Positions 23,737-37,238 of a DNA stretch of 64,000 nt are shown here, piece after piece (the stretch's first letter is position 1; every line of letters starts with the position of its first letter). The position numbers and the translations under genes are program-made. The notes under the pieces were generated by a model. The model was given only the letters and a program-made list of their open reading frames with translations, made no database searches and was not told where the DNA came from. The stretch comes from Octopus sinensis. Its lineage: Eukaryota. The DNA is taken from positions 43,226,464-43,290,463 of the forward strand of contig NC_043011.1 of assembly GCF_006345805.1 (NCBI RefSeq), written 5' to 3'.

Positions 23737-24842
23737 TGACATTTTCAATGTTGTTGGCATCAGGAAAGTAGATTGTAAGATTATTTCAACATCTTATTGA
23801 AAGAACCCCCGCCCAACATCCCCACCTCCACTCCTACACAGTTTTCTTCTTCCGTAGATTGCTGGGATTCTAGGTCCCCATCTCTGTTTACATCTTTCTT
23901 GCAAGTATTAACTTGCAAGGGGAATTTTGGTGACATCCATCTGACCAGTCACAAAAGTCATGGGCAATATCGCTACCTCTTGACCTAAACCCAACAAGGA
24001 AGTATAAAATATCGACAAAACCTTTCATTACTTCGATCCTTTAGCCTCGCATTCTAGTTAAGGAAAATTTCCTATAAATAAATTTAAAAAATGTGTTTAT
24101 ATAATTATTTACAATGATATGATGTAACTCTGATATGTTTTGTATTGTGAATTGAAATGAAAAAGTCAAAACAATTGCAACGCATTCTAGATATTTAATA
24201 CAGATTAAATATATCAAAATTCGAAAGATTTATAAGCGAAATGGCTACTCAGATGGAGAGGTTCTTCGGAAGAAAGTTAAAAGTAAAATGCACGCCCAAG
24301 ATTGTTAATAGGTAGATAAATCGAAAGATATGTCTATTATTTATTGCAGAATATTAAGTTTCATCAAATTTTCATTATGTTATCCTCATCTTCGATTAAA
24401 TCATTGTCGTAGAAGAGATTTTTATTTCGTAGATAATTGAAAAAGAAAATTAAATTGTAATTCTATTTAATTTCCTACAAGTGATTGATTACCTAGAGAA
24501 AGCACATAAAAAATATTATTTTGATGCGTATAACGTTTAGAAACAAGAAATTTATTACTTGTGTTCTTAGGAAAATATTAAGCTAAATATTTCTCTTTGG
24601 CGTGATTATTGCGCAGAGAGCAGTTAAATAGTTTTATCTGTTTCAGACGTCACGACAAAATATATTCTATGGAATGTTTACTTTGTATTGTGTAATGGCA
24701 ACCTCATTGATAACATTTAATTATTGATAAACACATAAATTATAGATTCTCTTTTTTGGCTAGGCACACAAGTTGTATAAAATAAAGAGAATGTTGCATG
24801 AGAAGCGGCCGTTCATAACATTTTTCACAGAAGTATAATCCC

Positions 24843-24946
24843 AGTGTATTCCAGAGTTCAGTTTTGTCCCCACTCTCTTCCTTCCATACATCAATGACCT
24901 ACTTGCTGTTACGTTCAACATCAGCCACTTTGGGGGCGATGATACT
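24843..24946 (+). pseudogene. Non-LTR retrotransposon reverse transcriptase fragment (CR1/L2-like)
   Basis: With one frameshift reads SVFQSSVLSP/TLFLPYINDLLAVTFNISHFGGDDT, matching the RT motif GVPQGSVLSPxLFxxYINDL...FADD. Confidence 0.8.
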
Positions 24947-25096
24947 CCCTACATTCTTCTCAAGCATTTCTGAGCTATGCAACACCCACATTTAACGTAG
25001 ACACAATGAGCTGAATCAATCGGGTTCAGTACACAGAAGGCATCAGCCATCCACCATCTTTGTTAAAGTAACAACAAAATTTATATAGATTCCACG

Positions 25097-25323
25097 GCGA
25101 GCTGGCAGAGTCGTTAGCACGCCGGGCGAAATTCGTAGCCGTATTTCGTCTACCGTTACGTTCTGGGTTCAAATTCCGCCGAAGTCGACTTTGCCTTTCA
25201 TCCTTTCGGGGTCGATAAATTAAGTACCAGTTACGCACTGGGGTCGATGTAATCGACTTAATCCGTTTGTCTGTCCTTGTTTGTTCCCTCTATGTTTAGC
25301 CCCTTGTGGGTAGTAAAGAAATA
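25097..25323 (+). mobile_element. SINE family B, young monomer
   Basis: 15-bp TSD tatatagattccacg at 25082-25096 and 25324-25338. Confidence 0.95.
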
Positions 25324-26018
25324 TATATAGATTCCACGTCAAGAAAATATCACCGTAACCTATCCCTCTTAAACATGCCTGTCACGCAACTTGAGACCTC
25401 ATGAAAATGCCAAATGCTAGACTGAAATAGTGACAGCACATCTTTAACCTAGCTAGCACCGCATCTCAGTGACCAGTCCTTTAGCGCTTCTCTTCTCGGT
25501 CAGCAAATACTTCGACGCCAACAATTACTGAAACTATAAAACGCACTGATGAAGCAAACAACGGAAGGCTGGTCTCACATTTAAGAAAGCTGGAAACGGG
25601 TTTGAAGTCCCTAATTCAAATCTCTGTCGCGTCTCTTTGCCTTATCCTCTGTTACTGTAATTATCTCCCCTCTTTGCACCTCGTTAGACTAGTGTCATTT
25701 CCATTGAGACATTTCCGATTCATTCATCTCCCTTCTGTTCATTACGAATGATGGGTCCAGTCAGTGACGAAAAGCTATCCTTAAAATATAATCTTTCTAG
25801 GCTGCGCACACAAGGTGTATAAATTAAACAGGCGATTACATAAGCAGCACCATCTAGGTTATTTCTCACAGATTCGACGGACGTGAATGAAGTTAATTGA
25901 CCAGCAAGCACTGGGGATTTATAAAGTGTCTCCAAATTCAAACTTCTGTACATACACATATGTGTGTGCGTGCGTGTACGTGCGTGTACGTGCGTGTGGG
26001 CGCGTGGTATATACAGGG

Positions 26019-26431
26019 CGTCGAGCTGGCAGAAACGTTAGCACGCTGGGTGAAATGCTTAGCGGTATTGCGTCTGCTGTTACGTTCTGAGTTCAAATTC
26101 CGCCGAGGTCGACTTTGCCTTTCATCCTTTCGGGGTCGATAAATTAAGTACCAGTTACGCACTGGGGTCGATGTAATCGACTTAATACCTATGTCTGTCC
26201 TTGTTTGTCCCCTCTGTGTTTAGCCCCTTGTGGGTAATAAAGAAATAGGTATTTCGTCTGCTGTTACCTTCTGAGTTCAAATTCCGCTGAGGTCGACTTT
26301 GCCTTTCATCCTTTCGGGGTCGATAAATTAAGTACCAGTTACGCACTGGGGTCGTTATAAACGACTTAATCCATCTGTCTGTCCTTGTTTGTCTCCTCTG
26401 TGTTTAGCCCCTTGTGGGTAGTAAAGAAATA
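26019..26431 (+). mobile_element. SINE family B dimer
   Basis: 13-bp TSD ggtatatacaggg at 26006-26018 and 26432-26444 flanks both units; junction gaaata|ggtatttcgtctg. Confidence 0.95.
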
Positions 26432-26889
26432 GGTATATACAGGGTGTGGTGAATAAATTGTCGTCGAAATTACGCAAAAAAGGAAAATAACACTGACATC
26501 CCAGAATTGCCATGAAAACATTTACACACTTATAAGAAAGCTCTGCAGAGAAATTGCGAATCTGAGTCTCGAAGATACTTCTCATTTATACATAATTCAT
26601 AAACGCTATGCAGCGGTTGCCTATTAGCAAATTGACGCCACTAGTTGGAGCAGTATGCATATAGACTTTAATATAAACTGCCTGACTTTTAAATTAGGCG
26701 TTGTTGTAGGGAAACTAGCCAGGTGGATTTTCATCCCTATGTAGTTTTCCTTTACTTGAGAAAAAAGTTTTCTCTTACATTCTTTATTTTTTCTGTACAC
26801 TGTTTTGTGTTTATGCTATATCACGACAAGAGTATTTCAATAAATATGTTGAGACTCTCTTAGTTCACCCTCTCTCTCCCCTCTCTCTT

Positions 26890-26903
26890 TCTCTATCTAT
26901 CTG

Positions 26904-26977
<74 letters not shown>

Positions 26978-26994
26978 CATCCATCTATCTATCC

Positions 26995-27029
<35 letters not shown>

Positions 27030-27095
27030 CATCATCTATCTATCTATCTATGTATCTATGTATCTATCTATCTATCTATCTATCTATCCATCCAG

Positions 27096-27153
<58 letters not shown>

Positions 27154-27270
27154 CTATATATATCTATCTATCTATCTATATGTCTGTCTGTCTGTCTGTA
27201 TGTATGTATGTATGTCTATTTATCTATCTATCTATCTATCTGTCTGTCTGTCTGTCTGTCTGTCTATTTA

Positions 27271-27305
<35 letters not shown>

Positions 27306-27340
27306 GTCTATTTATCTATCTATCTATCTATCTCTATATA
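26890..27340. repeat. Compound (CTAT)n/(CTGT)n microsatellite
   Basis: Tetranucleotide arrays; source of the SIYL-repeat ORFs. Confidence 0.95.
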
Positions 27341-27857
27341 TATTATGTGTGTGTGTAAATATGTATCTATGTATATATGCATATAGATATGTATATATAT
27401 GTACACAAACACACATCCACACACACACACACAAACACATACACACACACACATATATATATAAGTGTATGTGTGTATGTATTTATAAGCACGTTATAAC
27501 CACACGCACTCGCATATATACATATATATATATTTATGTTTGTATCCATCTATCTATCTGTCTATATACAGTCGTGGTGTGGTGGTCTATCCACCTTCGA
27601 TTCGTTTCTAGTACATGATGTTGATAAGCCACACAATTGGTTAATGACATTTGGATGGGATTTGGGATGAGTTGTCTCCCCTTTCCATGGCTTTCAGGTG
27701 TTTTGAAAACTCAGAGCGTTGCAGCCTATACGGGTCCTGCACCTTAAGTAAGTGTAGTCGGTAAAGTTTATTGCACTAGCGGTGCTTCTATTTTATAATT
27801 GAAGATATATATATATATATATTATATATATATATATATAAATAATAGGGGGGGGAT

Positions 27858-28050
27858 CTGTGTTTGTCCCCCCCATCATCGCTTGATAACCGATGTCGGT
27901 GTGTTTACGTCCCCGTAACTAAGTGGTTCGGCAGAATAACTAGGCTTACAAAGAATAAGTTTGGGGACCGATTTATGCGATTAAAGGCGGTGTTCCAGCA
28001 TGGCCACTGTCAAATGACTGACACAAGTAAAAGAATAAAAGAATAAAAAA
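27858..28050 (+). mobile_element. SINE family A, 3-prime half
   Basis: Match from tgtttgtccccc to caagtaaaagaataaaa. Confidence 0.85.
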
Positions 28051-28409
28051 AACATATACATATACATATGAAAGAGGGAGAGAAATGGAGAGAGAGAAAG
28101 AGAGAGAGAGAGAGACAAACTAATTAGTACCATGCTGTAAAATCATCTTCCTCGTAAGGCTTTGCCACCCATTACGCAATGATTTACAGGTGTCTTCCAA
28201 CATTAATTAAGCTAGGTACCTATTAACAGCTAAGTGGACTAAAGATGGCAGTTACTATATACATTCGGTCACGTCACCCAAACGGTTTTCTTACTCCACA
28301 TTGCGGTCTCTTAAGCCAAATTTCATGAAGTTCTGTGCAGGTTGATCCCAACGGGCACCACTTGGTTGTGAAGCAAACTTCTTTGATGTTTGAAGGAATA
28401 ATATTGGTT

Positions 28410-28578
28410 TCGAAGTTTCAGGGATGGGTGAGTTGATTACATCTACCCCAGTGCTGAGCTAGTACTTATTCCATCGACTCTGAGAAGACGAAAGGCACAG
28501 TCAACTTCGTCAGAATTTGAACTCAGAACTCAGACGAAATTTTTGCCGGACATGCTAAAGATTCTGCCAGCTCGCCCT
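28410..28578 (-). mobile_element. SINE family B, old copy
   Basis: Reverse match ending attctgccagctcgcc. Confidence 0.75.
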
Positions 28579-28601
28579 ACCCGTATGGTATAAATATATT
28601 T

Positions 28602-28722
<121 letters not shown>

Positions 28723-28949
28723 CTCCATATATATATATATGATTTTATTTTTATTTTTCCAGTTTCAGCTCATGAGCTGTGGCCATGCTGGGGCACATAT
28801 ATATATATATATATATATCAAATGTAAGTTAAAAACAGAACACAAAAATTTATATTTGATATATTCTCTCACCTCTGCCACTATCTGGCATATACAGGTG
28901 CTTACACTTAGCAAGTATTCACTCTAAATTTACAGTACCTACTTTATAT

Positions 28950-28982
<33 letters not shown>

Positions 28983-29006
28983 TGTATGTACATATATATA
29001 TGTATG

Positions 29007-29038
<32 letters not shown>

Positions 29039-29094
29039 TGTATATATATATATGTATGTATGTACATATATATGTATGTACATACATACATACA

Positions 29095-29130
<36 letters not shown>

Positions 29131-29250
29131 TGTATGTATGCATGCATAAATACTTACACACGTGTATAGAAGAATATATTTTATTGGCGAACGTTTTAGA
29201 ATCGGCGTAGAATTCAGTGCTGACTAAAACTTTGTTAGAGTATTATAATA

Positions 29251-29283
<33 letters not shown>

Positions 29284-29437
29284 TGTGTTCATGTGAGTGT
29301 GTGTGTGTGCACGTGCGTGCGAGCAATGCCAGTGATGGGTGCTGCATATCTATTATCTAAACTAACAAGCCTCTGAACTTCCTGTTAAATAGGATATAAA
29401 ATAATAGGAGATTATGGAAATATCTAATTTAACGCTT

Positions 29438-29476
29438 CGACCTTTCAATGATCTTTCCCTGACCTATGTATGACCT
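29438..29476. promoter_or_regulatory. Four nuclear-receptor half-sites at an 11-bp period (overlapping DR5-like elements)
   Basis: CGACCT-ttcaa-TGATCT-ttccc-TGACCT-atgta-TGACCT. Confidence 0.4.
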
Positions 29477-29829
29477 TGCTCCTGTTTAATCTCTTTCGGA
29501 CTTAAATAGTTAGCATGAAGTCCAGCTTGAACTCCATTAAATCTACTGCTAACCACCTGCCGTTCACATTTACGCCTACACACATATCAAGTTTGAAGAC
29601 GGCAGCATGCAGAAACATAAATATTCAAACATGAGCTTAGGCCGACAGAAAACTGTAAATCACGTGAAAGGCACTGCTCTTTCAGCTGAATAGTGACTAT
29701 TTAGCTCATGATGTGCTAGATCAAGTAGACTAATAATTCACTTGTGACCACCATGTCTTTTTATCCAGTTTGTGTGTAGAAACTACTGAAGCTATAATTA
29801 AATGAATTGTAACTATTTATTTAATAGAA

Positions 29830-30045
29830 ATAGTAAAAGTATTACGGAGATGTACTCGCATAGCAAGTGATTTGATCTAAGATCGTGTGCTGAAACGAAA
29901 ACAGTTGCAGCGTGGAAGGTGTTTGTAAGCCATTTAAGAAACACACAAAAGCCGTTCGATTCACTTCAACATTTAAGTTTAATTTGTCAAAATATTTTCG
30001 TCGCTAAAATCCGCGACCTGTTCGCTGACAAAAATCCGTGCAAAG
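29830..30045 (-). mobile_element. Short Penelope-like repeat carrying a hammerhead-like motif
   Basis: Block containing the 29983-30032 motif; Penelope link is inference; boundaries approximate. Confidence 0.45.
29983..30032 (-). ncRNA. Minimal type-I hammerhead-like motif, G3:C8 variant
   Basis: Stem I UUUGUCA/UGACAAA; core GCGAACA; extra G; stem II GUCGC/GCGAC; GAA; palindromic stem III AAUAUU; triplet UUU. Confidence 0.7.
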
Positions 30046-30285
30046 TATTATTCAATTGAAAGGAAACGTGTAATGAAAAGAAAATACATAAGTGTTAATG
30101 GCTAGTGTTTTCAATAAATGCAAGGGAAAGAACTCTGCTATTTTAACTGATAAAAAAGATTAAATGGAAACATGCAGGGAAGGAATTAGATGTTCGTGTA
30201 TTTGTTTCAAAAGAGTGCAGTACTTGAATTGAAGGACATTGATCTGTTATTTGTTTTAGTGTATTGGACAACCACATAGAGGTTT

Positions 30286-30579
30286 GTGGAAGCACATGGC
30301 CAAGTGGTTAGAGCAGCGGACTCGCGGTCGAGGGATCGCGGGTTCGAGTCTCAGACCGGGCGATGTGTGTGTTTATGAGCGAAACACCTATGCTCCACGC
30401 CGCTCCAGCAGAAAGTAATGGCGAACTTTCGCCACAACTTTCTCTCATTCTTTCCTCCTGCATCTTGCAGCTCATCTGCGACGGCCCGACGTCCCGTCCA
30501 GATGGGGAACCTATACGCCAAGGAAACCGGGAAACCGGCCCTTATGAGCCAGGCATGGCTCGAGAAGGAACAAGCAACA
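30286..30579 (+). mobile_element. SINE family C, tail type 3 (V/Meta-domain-like segment)
   Basis: 12-bp TSD acatagaggttt at 30274-30285 and 30580-30591; contains gacgtcccgtccag...gaaaccggg. Confidence 0.9.
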
Positions 30580-30939
30580 ACATAGAGGTTTACCTGTTGT
30601 GTGGGTGGGTTTGCATTTGTTTCCCCACCCCACGTCTCTCTTTCACTTTCTTCCACTCTGTCTTTCCCTCATTATTTCTCCACCCCCCTTTCTCTCTAAT
30701 TATATTCGCCATACACGAGGATTGACAATGGTGGATACTCCAACATGTCATGATAAATTGTATGGGTCCATTGTATCAGATGGGGCTCGATGTTCCCTCC
30801 ACAGGATTTGCAATAGCCCAGAACACACGCTGAGTAATACAAAAGAAGAGAGGGGTCATACACTAATATTCAGCAGCGTATTCTGGGTAGTATATTATAT
30901 ATTATAAGACATCGTATATTATATCATATATTATATTAT

Positions 30940-31223
30940 GTGGAGGCGCAATGGCCTAGTGGTTAGAGCAGCGGACTCGCGGTCGTAGGATCGCGGTTTC
31001 GATTCCCAGATCGGGCGTTGTGAGTGTTTATTGAGCGAAAACACCTAAAAGCTCCACGAGGCTCCGGCAGGGGGCGGTGATCCCTGCTGTACTCTTTCAC
31101 CACTCTTTCTCCCACTCTTTCTTCTGTTGGCCTGCTCGCTTAACCAGCGGTGTGGCGTCAATCGAAGGCTAAAACAATGCGAACGCATTGTGACCAGCGA
31201 TGTGTAACTACATCTGATGGACG
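30940..31223 (+). mobile_element. SINE family C, tail type 2
   Basis: Same head and body as the 20123 copy with a different 3-prime end; inserted in (ATATT)n. Confidence 0.88.
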
Positions 31224-31486
31224 TAATATTATATTATATATTATGCATTATATATAAGTAGTATATCATATATATTTAAGACGTCGTACAGTCTGGGTCT
31301 GGTTCCTTATGGGCTATTTGCGCAGCAAAGCATATAAACTAATTTCGAAATTTCTTCACAAAGGCTGCTACAGTGTTTTATATAATTGGTACGTGTCGCC
31401 AAATGATGGAGCTGTTATCTAAAGTAGCAAAATCGGTACCTCTTAATTATAGAATTTTCCATAACTATCGGCAAGCCTGCTTCTCT

Positions 31487-31560
<74 letters not shown>

Positions 31561-32271
31561 CTATCTCACAGATACTTTCTATCTATCTACCTTTCTCTCC
31601 CTCCTCTCTCTCTCCCTCTCTATACTTTGTACAATGAATGAAGAAGAGTCTCTTGATGAGCCGGTAATATTCATTCCAAACGAGTCGAGGTGACTTTGAT
31701 ATGTTCGGCAAACAGACAAACAGACACGGCGTTGTTTAACCACAGGTTTTATTCGCAGAGCGATAGCAAATACCTGATGTTTATTAAATGTACTCATGCA
31801 TAATTACAATGTCTACAAGTGTGTGTGTGCTTCTATTTGTCTGTATGCATGCTTGTGTGGTTCTATCTGTGTGTATGTGTGTGCTTCTATCTACCTTTCT
31901 CTTTCTTCACCCTCTTTCTTTCTATATACGTATGCATATATGTATATACGTTCATAATATATGCATGTGTGCACATATATATATATATATATATGCATAC
32001 GAATATATATATATATACATACTCATGTATACATGCATAAATATAGATATACATGTATATATACATACATTGTATATTTTTTATTAATATTTAGTAAAAA
32101 TAACAGAGATACTCGAGATCCAAGAGTTTCGTGCGTTGGTACTTATCAACACACGAATCTCTCCGACCTTGTGTTAATAACGATATATTTTGAGCTCTAT
32201 ATTTCCTGTTTGCATCACCATACCTGTATACATATATGTATATATAGGATATGTATATATATATATATATA

Positions 32272-32336
<65 letters not shown>

Positions 32337-32339
32337 AAC

Positions 32340-32372
<33 letters not shown>

Positions 32373-32374
<2 letters not shown>

Positions 32375-32608
32375 GGTGGCACGTAAAAAGCACCAATCCG
32401 TTGCCAGCTTCGTCTGGCACCTGTGCCGGTGGCACGTAAAAAGCACCCACTACACTCACGGAGTGGTTGGCGTTAGGAAGGGCATCCAGCTGTAGAAACA
32501 CTGCCAGATCAGACTGGAGCCTGGTGCAACCTTCTGGATTCCCAGATCCCCGGTCGAACCGTCCAACCCATGCTAGCATGGAGAACGGACGCTAAACGAT
32601 GATGATGA
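32373..32608 (+). mobile_element. Retroposon 3-prime end (family D) ending in (GAT)n
   Basis: Internal direct repeat tggcacgtaaaaagcacc; ggttggcgttaggaagggcatccagc segment; simple-repeat tail typical of RTE-mobilised elements. Confidence 0.7.
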
Positions 32609-35006
32609 TATATATAAACACATATCCTATATATACATATATGTATACAGGTATGGTGATGCAAAGAGGAAATATATAAATGCATGTATAAACATAGACT
32701 GGATTAGTAGTTTAGTAGCCACGTAAGCTCCAGTGACCATTAGGCTTTAAAAATAATTTTATAGGGGTTCGAACCAGTGTTTTGCCGTTTCTGCAGAAGT
32801 CAATACTACAAGATGAAATCATAAATAATAAGAAATGAGAGCAACCAGGAAAATACTTGTGGAATCTGGCATATTAGAAAAGGGAAACTAAGATTTATGG
32901 GTACTGCTCAAAGGGATTTTCGATATTGGAGAAAAAAAGGGGTGAAAGAAATGAAGAAAATGAAAAAGAAATAGCAAAATATATATTGACAGAAATAAAG
33001 AGTGCTTTAAACAAGTTTTGTTAGATTTCTTTTCCAAACCAATTGTTTCGATGGAAACTGTTTTTGATTCATGTTGCTTTTGGTATCTGCATTATAAAGA
33101 GAATTGATTCTTCCTTGGGTCAAAGTCTTTGATGGTACCGCTCTCCACGTTGAAACTAATGCAGTGTTCAAGAGAAATGTATGTTTATTGACAGTGCTTT
33201 TGTAATGTAAGTTACAGAGACGAAGTATATATATATTATTAGGTTAAAATCAGCGTTGAAATTGAGTATAATGAAATTCATGCTACGATGTCACGACATA
33301 CTCTAAACTAGTTATTGTTACATAAAGATGTATTGTAAACAAAAGCAATGCAATGGCAATAACAGCTAGGACTACAATAACAGCAATAACTGCTGCTATA
33401 ATAAGGAGAAAAAAAGAACAGCATTCCAAACAACAAGAAAACAAGAAAAAAAGTAATAAAGTAAAGAGAGAGGGAGAGAGAGAGATTTATACAGGTTTGA
33501 ACATCAAAATATGACTGCAACAAACATTATCGGCAATAAACAAGATTAACCGAAATAAAAATAATGAAGTGCAGAAGCCACAACAATGACAAAATAACAA
33601 CAGCAACAATACAGACTGACATAAACGAAAGTAATTCGAGGCTATGAAAATTGAAATGGTTGTTATACAGTTGCATTAGAGCTGTACAAATAGAGTTAAA
33701 GTTATATTTGATAATAAATACAGAGAGTGTTGGACAACGAACGAAGCATTAATATGAATATTTATCAATGCAGCAATGAAGGCGTTGGATTGACAGATTT
33801 AGTAGCTGTGGTGATGGTGGTGGTGGTTGGCGGGGTTGAGCGAAACCTAGTACTGAAATTTGCTGTGTAGAATTTCATGTTAAGAGTTCAAATAATAACT
33901 GGGTCGGCTTTGGCTCCCATGGTTTCGAATTTGAAAAAAATAATGGACTGCCAGTGATCTTGAGCACGTAATACGAATTGAATAGTAAAAAGCGATTGGG
34001 GATTTGTCAAACAGTTTTAATTGTAACTTTTAATTTATATGATTCTATGTTCCGGGATGAAATCTTCTCGAAGGCAACTCTGGCTCTTATTTTTCTGAAG
34101 TTGATAAGATAAAGTACCTGCTAAGTATTGTGGCCAATTTAACCGACACTTCACAAACCGAGAATGAACATATAAATACACACGCACACATACATGTATA
34201 CAAGACGGATTTCTTTCAGTTTCAATATTCCAAATCCACTCACAAGGCTTTAATCTACCGATGCTATAGTAGACGTCATTCGGACTGAACCTGGAGCCAT
34301 GTGGTTGCGAAGCAAACTTCTTGCTAAACAGCAACGCATGAACACATATACGAGACCGCCAATTACCAATCCTCAAGGTTTACCAATCCCCAACGATACC
34401 AATTCCCAACGCTTACCAACGCGCAACGCTTGCTATGCGCATGTATATTCATGTATCTGTGCTTGCGGGTGCGCATGTGCATGTGCACACTGATATGCAT
34501 GCGTGCATGTATGCATGCATGCATTGTACATATGAATAAATACGCATGTGTGGATATGTGTGTGCGCGCATGTGTATGCATGTCTGTGTATATGCGCGTG
34601 TATGTGTGTGTGCGCGCATGTCCGTTCAGATATATACGGGATGGGGCATGTTGCGTGCGCACCCACGTGCAGATGCGCACGCTCGCATCAATGCAGACAT
34701 GCACGCCAAACCATATGAGCGCGTCCACACAACCACATATACAACTATATACTTGCGCATACCGCCTCTTCCTACCTCCCCTCCAACGACCTGACCGATT
34801 TCCTGTCCACCACGCGGTCGATTTCCTGTTCACCATGTAGTGTCTTCCAACTAGATGTCATCACTGATATACGGTTATACCAACATCGAACCACGATACC
34901 ACGTGGTTCGCAGCCCACTTTACGATAATAACAATCAACTTCTTTCATTCAAATTCAAAACGGCTGAAGATTAACATCACGCTGGAATCAAGCTGCTTTG
35001 ATCCAT

Positions 35007-35062
<56 letters not shown>

Positions 35063-35629
35063 GCGTGTGCGTGTGTGTGAGTGTGTGTGTGTGTGTGTTC
35101 TGTTGAATGCTAACAAACTGTTCCGCTCTAACTTGGACTGTATCAAGCAGCGAAATTACACCATGAAATTGTCGATAATTATAAAATGATGCGAAATGGA
35201 AGGATGATAAAATGATGGATGGAGGGGAATAGAAGATGAATACAAGTCAATTATGGTCCATACATGGAGAGTGAAAAACTTTAATAGAGGGAATAAATTA
35301 AATTTAATATTTAAGAGATGACGCTTTACAAAATGGTCTTGAATGTGGATTATCATCTAAAAGAAAAATTCTTGACTAATTTCAGTTTAGATGGCAGAGG
35401 GAATATTCTTTTGTTCAGTGATGCGTTTCAGCCCAAAGGCCATGCTGGAGAACCGCCAGTGCTTTCCTACTTAAAGGAGAACAAATATATTACTCAATCG
35501 TTGATAGCTATATGTTAGTGGAAAGATATTCAAATTTAAATGAGGTCTTATTGAAAATATTTAGCTATCAGACTGCATAGAAAAGACATTGAGTAAGAAA
35601 ATAAGACGTGTAAAAAGGAATTAATCAGT

Positions 35630-36052
35630 AGATTGGGCATGAGTGTGGTAAGAAGTTTGCTTCTCAACCAAATGATATCGGGTTCAGTCGTACTACGTGG
35701 CACATTTGACGAGTGTTTTCTACCATAGCTCCGGGTCTACCTAAGCGTTGTAGGTGGATTTGGCAGACAGAAACTGAAAGATGCCCTTCGTATATATATA
35801 TATATACACTCACATATATGAGTATGCCTATGTGTTTATGTTTGTCTCCCTCCACCGCTTGAGAAATGGTGTTGATGTGTTTGCGTCCCCGTAACCGAGC
35901 GGTTCGACAAAATTAAACCGATAGAATAAGTACCAGGCTTAGAATTAAAAAAAAAACATGTAGCGAGGACGGTTCATTCGACTAAAAATTCTTCAAGTCG
36001 GTGCCCCAGTATAACCACCATCTAATGACTGAGGTAAGTAAAAAATGAAAGA
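35630..36052 (+). mobile_element. SINE family A, older copy
   Basis: Diverged complete copy directly upstream of a young copy. Confidence 0.8.
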
Positions 36053-36055
36053 TAA

Positions 36056-36441
36056 AAGTAGTGGCTGTGTGGTAAGTAGCTTGCTAACCAACCACATGGT
36101 TCCGGGTTCAGTCCCACTGCGTGGCATCTTGGGCAAGTGTCTTCTGCTATAGTCCCGGGCCGACCGATGCCTTGTGAGTGGATTTGGTAGACGGAAACTG
36201 AAAGAAGCCTGTCGTATATATGTATATATGTGTATATGTTTGTGTGTCTGTGTTTGTCCCCCTAGCATTGCTTGACAACCGATGCTGGTGTGTTTACGTC
36301 CCCGTCACTTAGCGGTTCGGCAAAAGAGACCGATAGAATAAGTACTGGGCTTACAAAGAATAAGTCCCGGGGTCGATTTGCTCGACTAAAGGTGGTGCTC
36401 AAGCATGGCCGCAGTCAAATGACTGAAACAAGTAAAAGAAT
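36056..36441 (+). mobile_element. SINE family A, young
   Basis: Near-identical to 21294-21683. Confidence 0.95.
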
Positions 36442-36955
36442 AGTAAATACGTATTGAACTATTTTCATTCTTAACTTACGGTTTCAATTCTTTTGTCCAC
36501 GACGACGGAAACTAATTGTTATTTCAAAATTTCTCTACCTACTTACCGAATTGCGAAATTGTCTATGTAAATTTTCATTCTCCATTATTGAAACATAACT
36601 GCCTTCAGTCAAGCTATAGCAAACCTCGGTCCACGTTTCACCTCTTCTTCCTTCTCGCTTTCATTTGTGTTTGTTCATAATATTTTGCCTTTATCTCAAA
36701 ACAATTGAACCGAAAGAATTGTCAGACTGTAGTATTCAACTTCATAAATATTTTCACTCACCGCAAAACGCTTTGACTGCTACGCTGTGATGGAGAACTA
36801 ATTAGGTCTTTCAAATAATATTTTCGACCCCTCATTCTTTCTCCCCCTCTCTTTCCCACAGTCTATATGTACGCGTGTGTTCTGTGCGTGCGTGGACATA
36901 CACACACACATACATAATTAAATACATATACTCATGGGTGCGTGTATATATGCAT

Positions 36956-37012
<57 letters not shown>

Positions 37013-37056
37013 TATATATATATACATAAACATATATATATATATTTATAGACATA

Positions 37057-37105
<49 letters not shown>

Positions 37106-37200
37106 TATATATATGCATCTGTATGTATATATGTATATACATATGGATATATATGAATATATTTATGAATAAATATATTTTCACAAATTCATATATGCAT

Positions 37201-37238
<38 letters not shown>

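Noticed and set aside
25026-25238. Recurrent ORFs such as MRNWYLIYRPRKDERQSR and MTTDAGVFTSPSLSG
   Set aside because: These are incidental frames within SINE B and SINE A copies.
32095-32175. Minus-strand UUGAUAA...GCACGAAAC hammerhead-like string
   Set aside because: Stem I cannot form adjacent to the core, and a competing 8-bp hairpin includes the core.
34350-34430. Four 16-17-nt taccaat...caacg units
   Set aside because: This is an ordinary short degenerate minisatellite beside a CA/TG-rich low-complexity tract.
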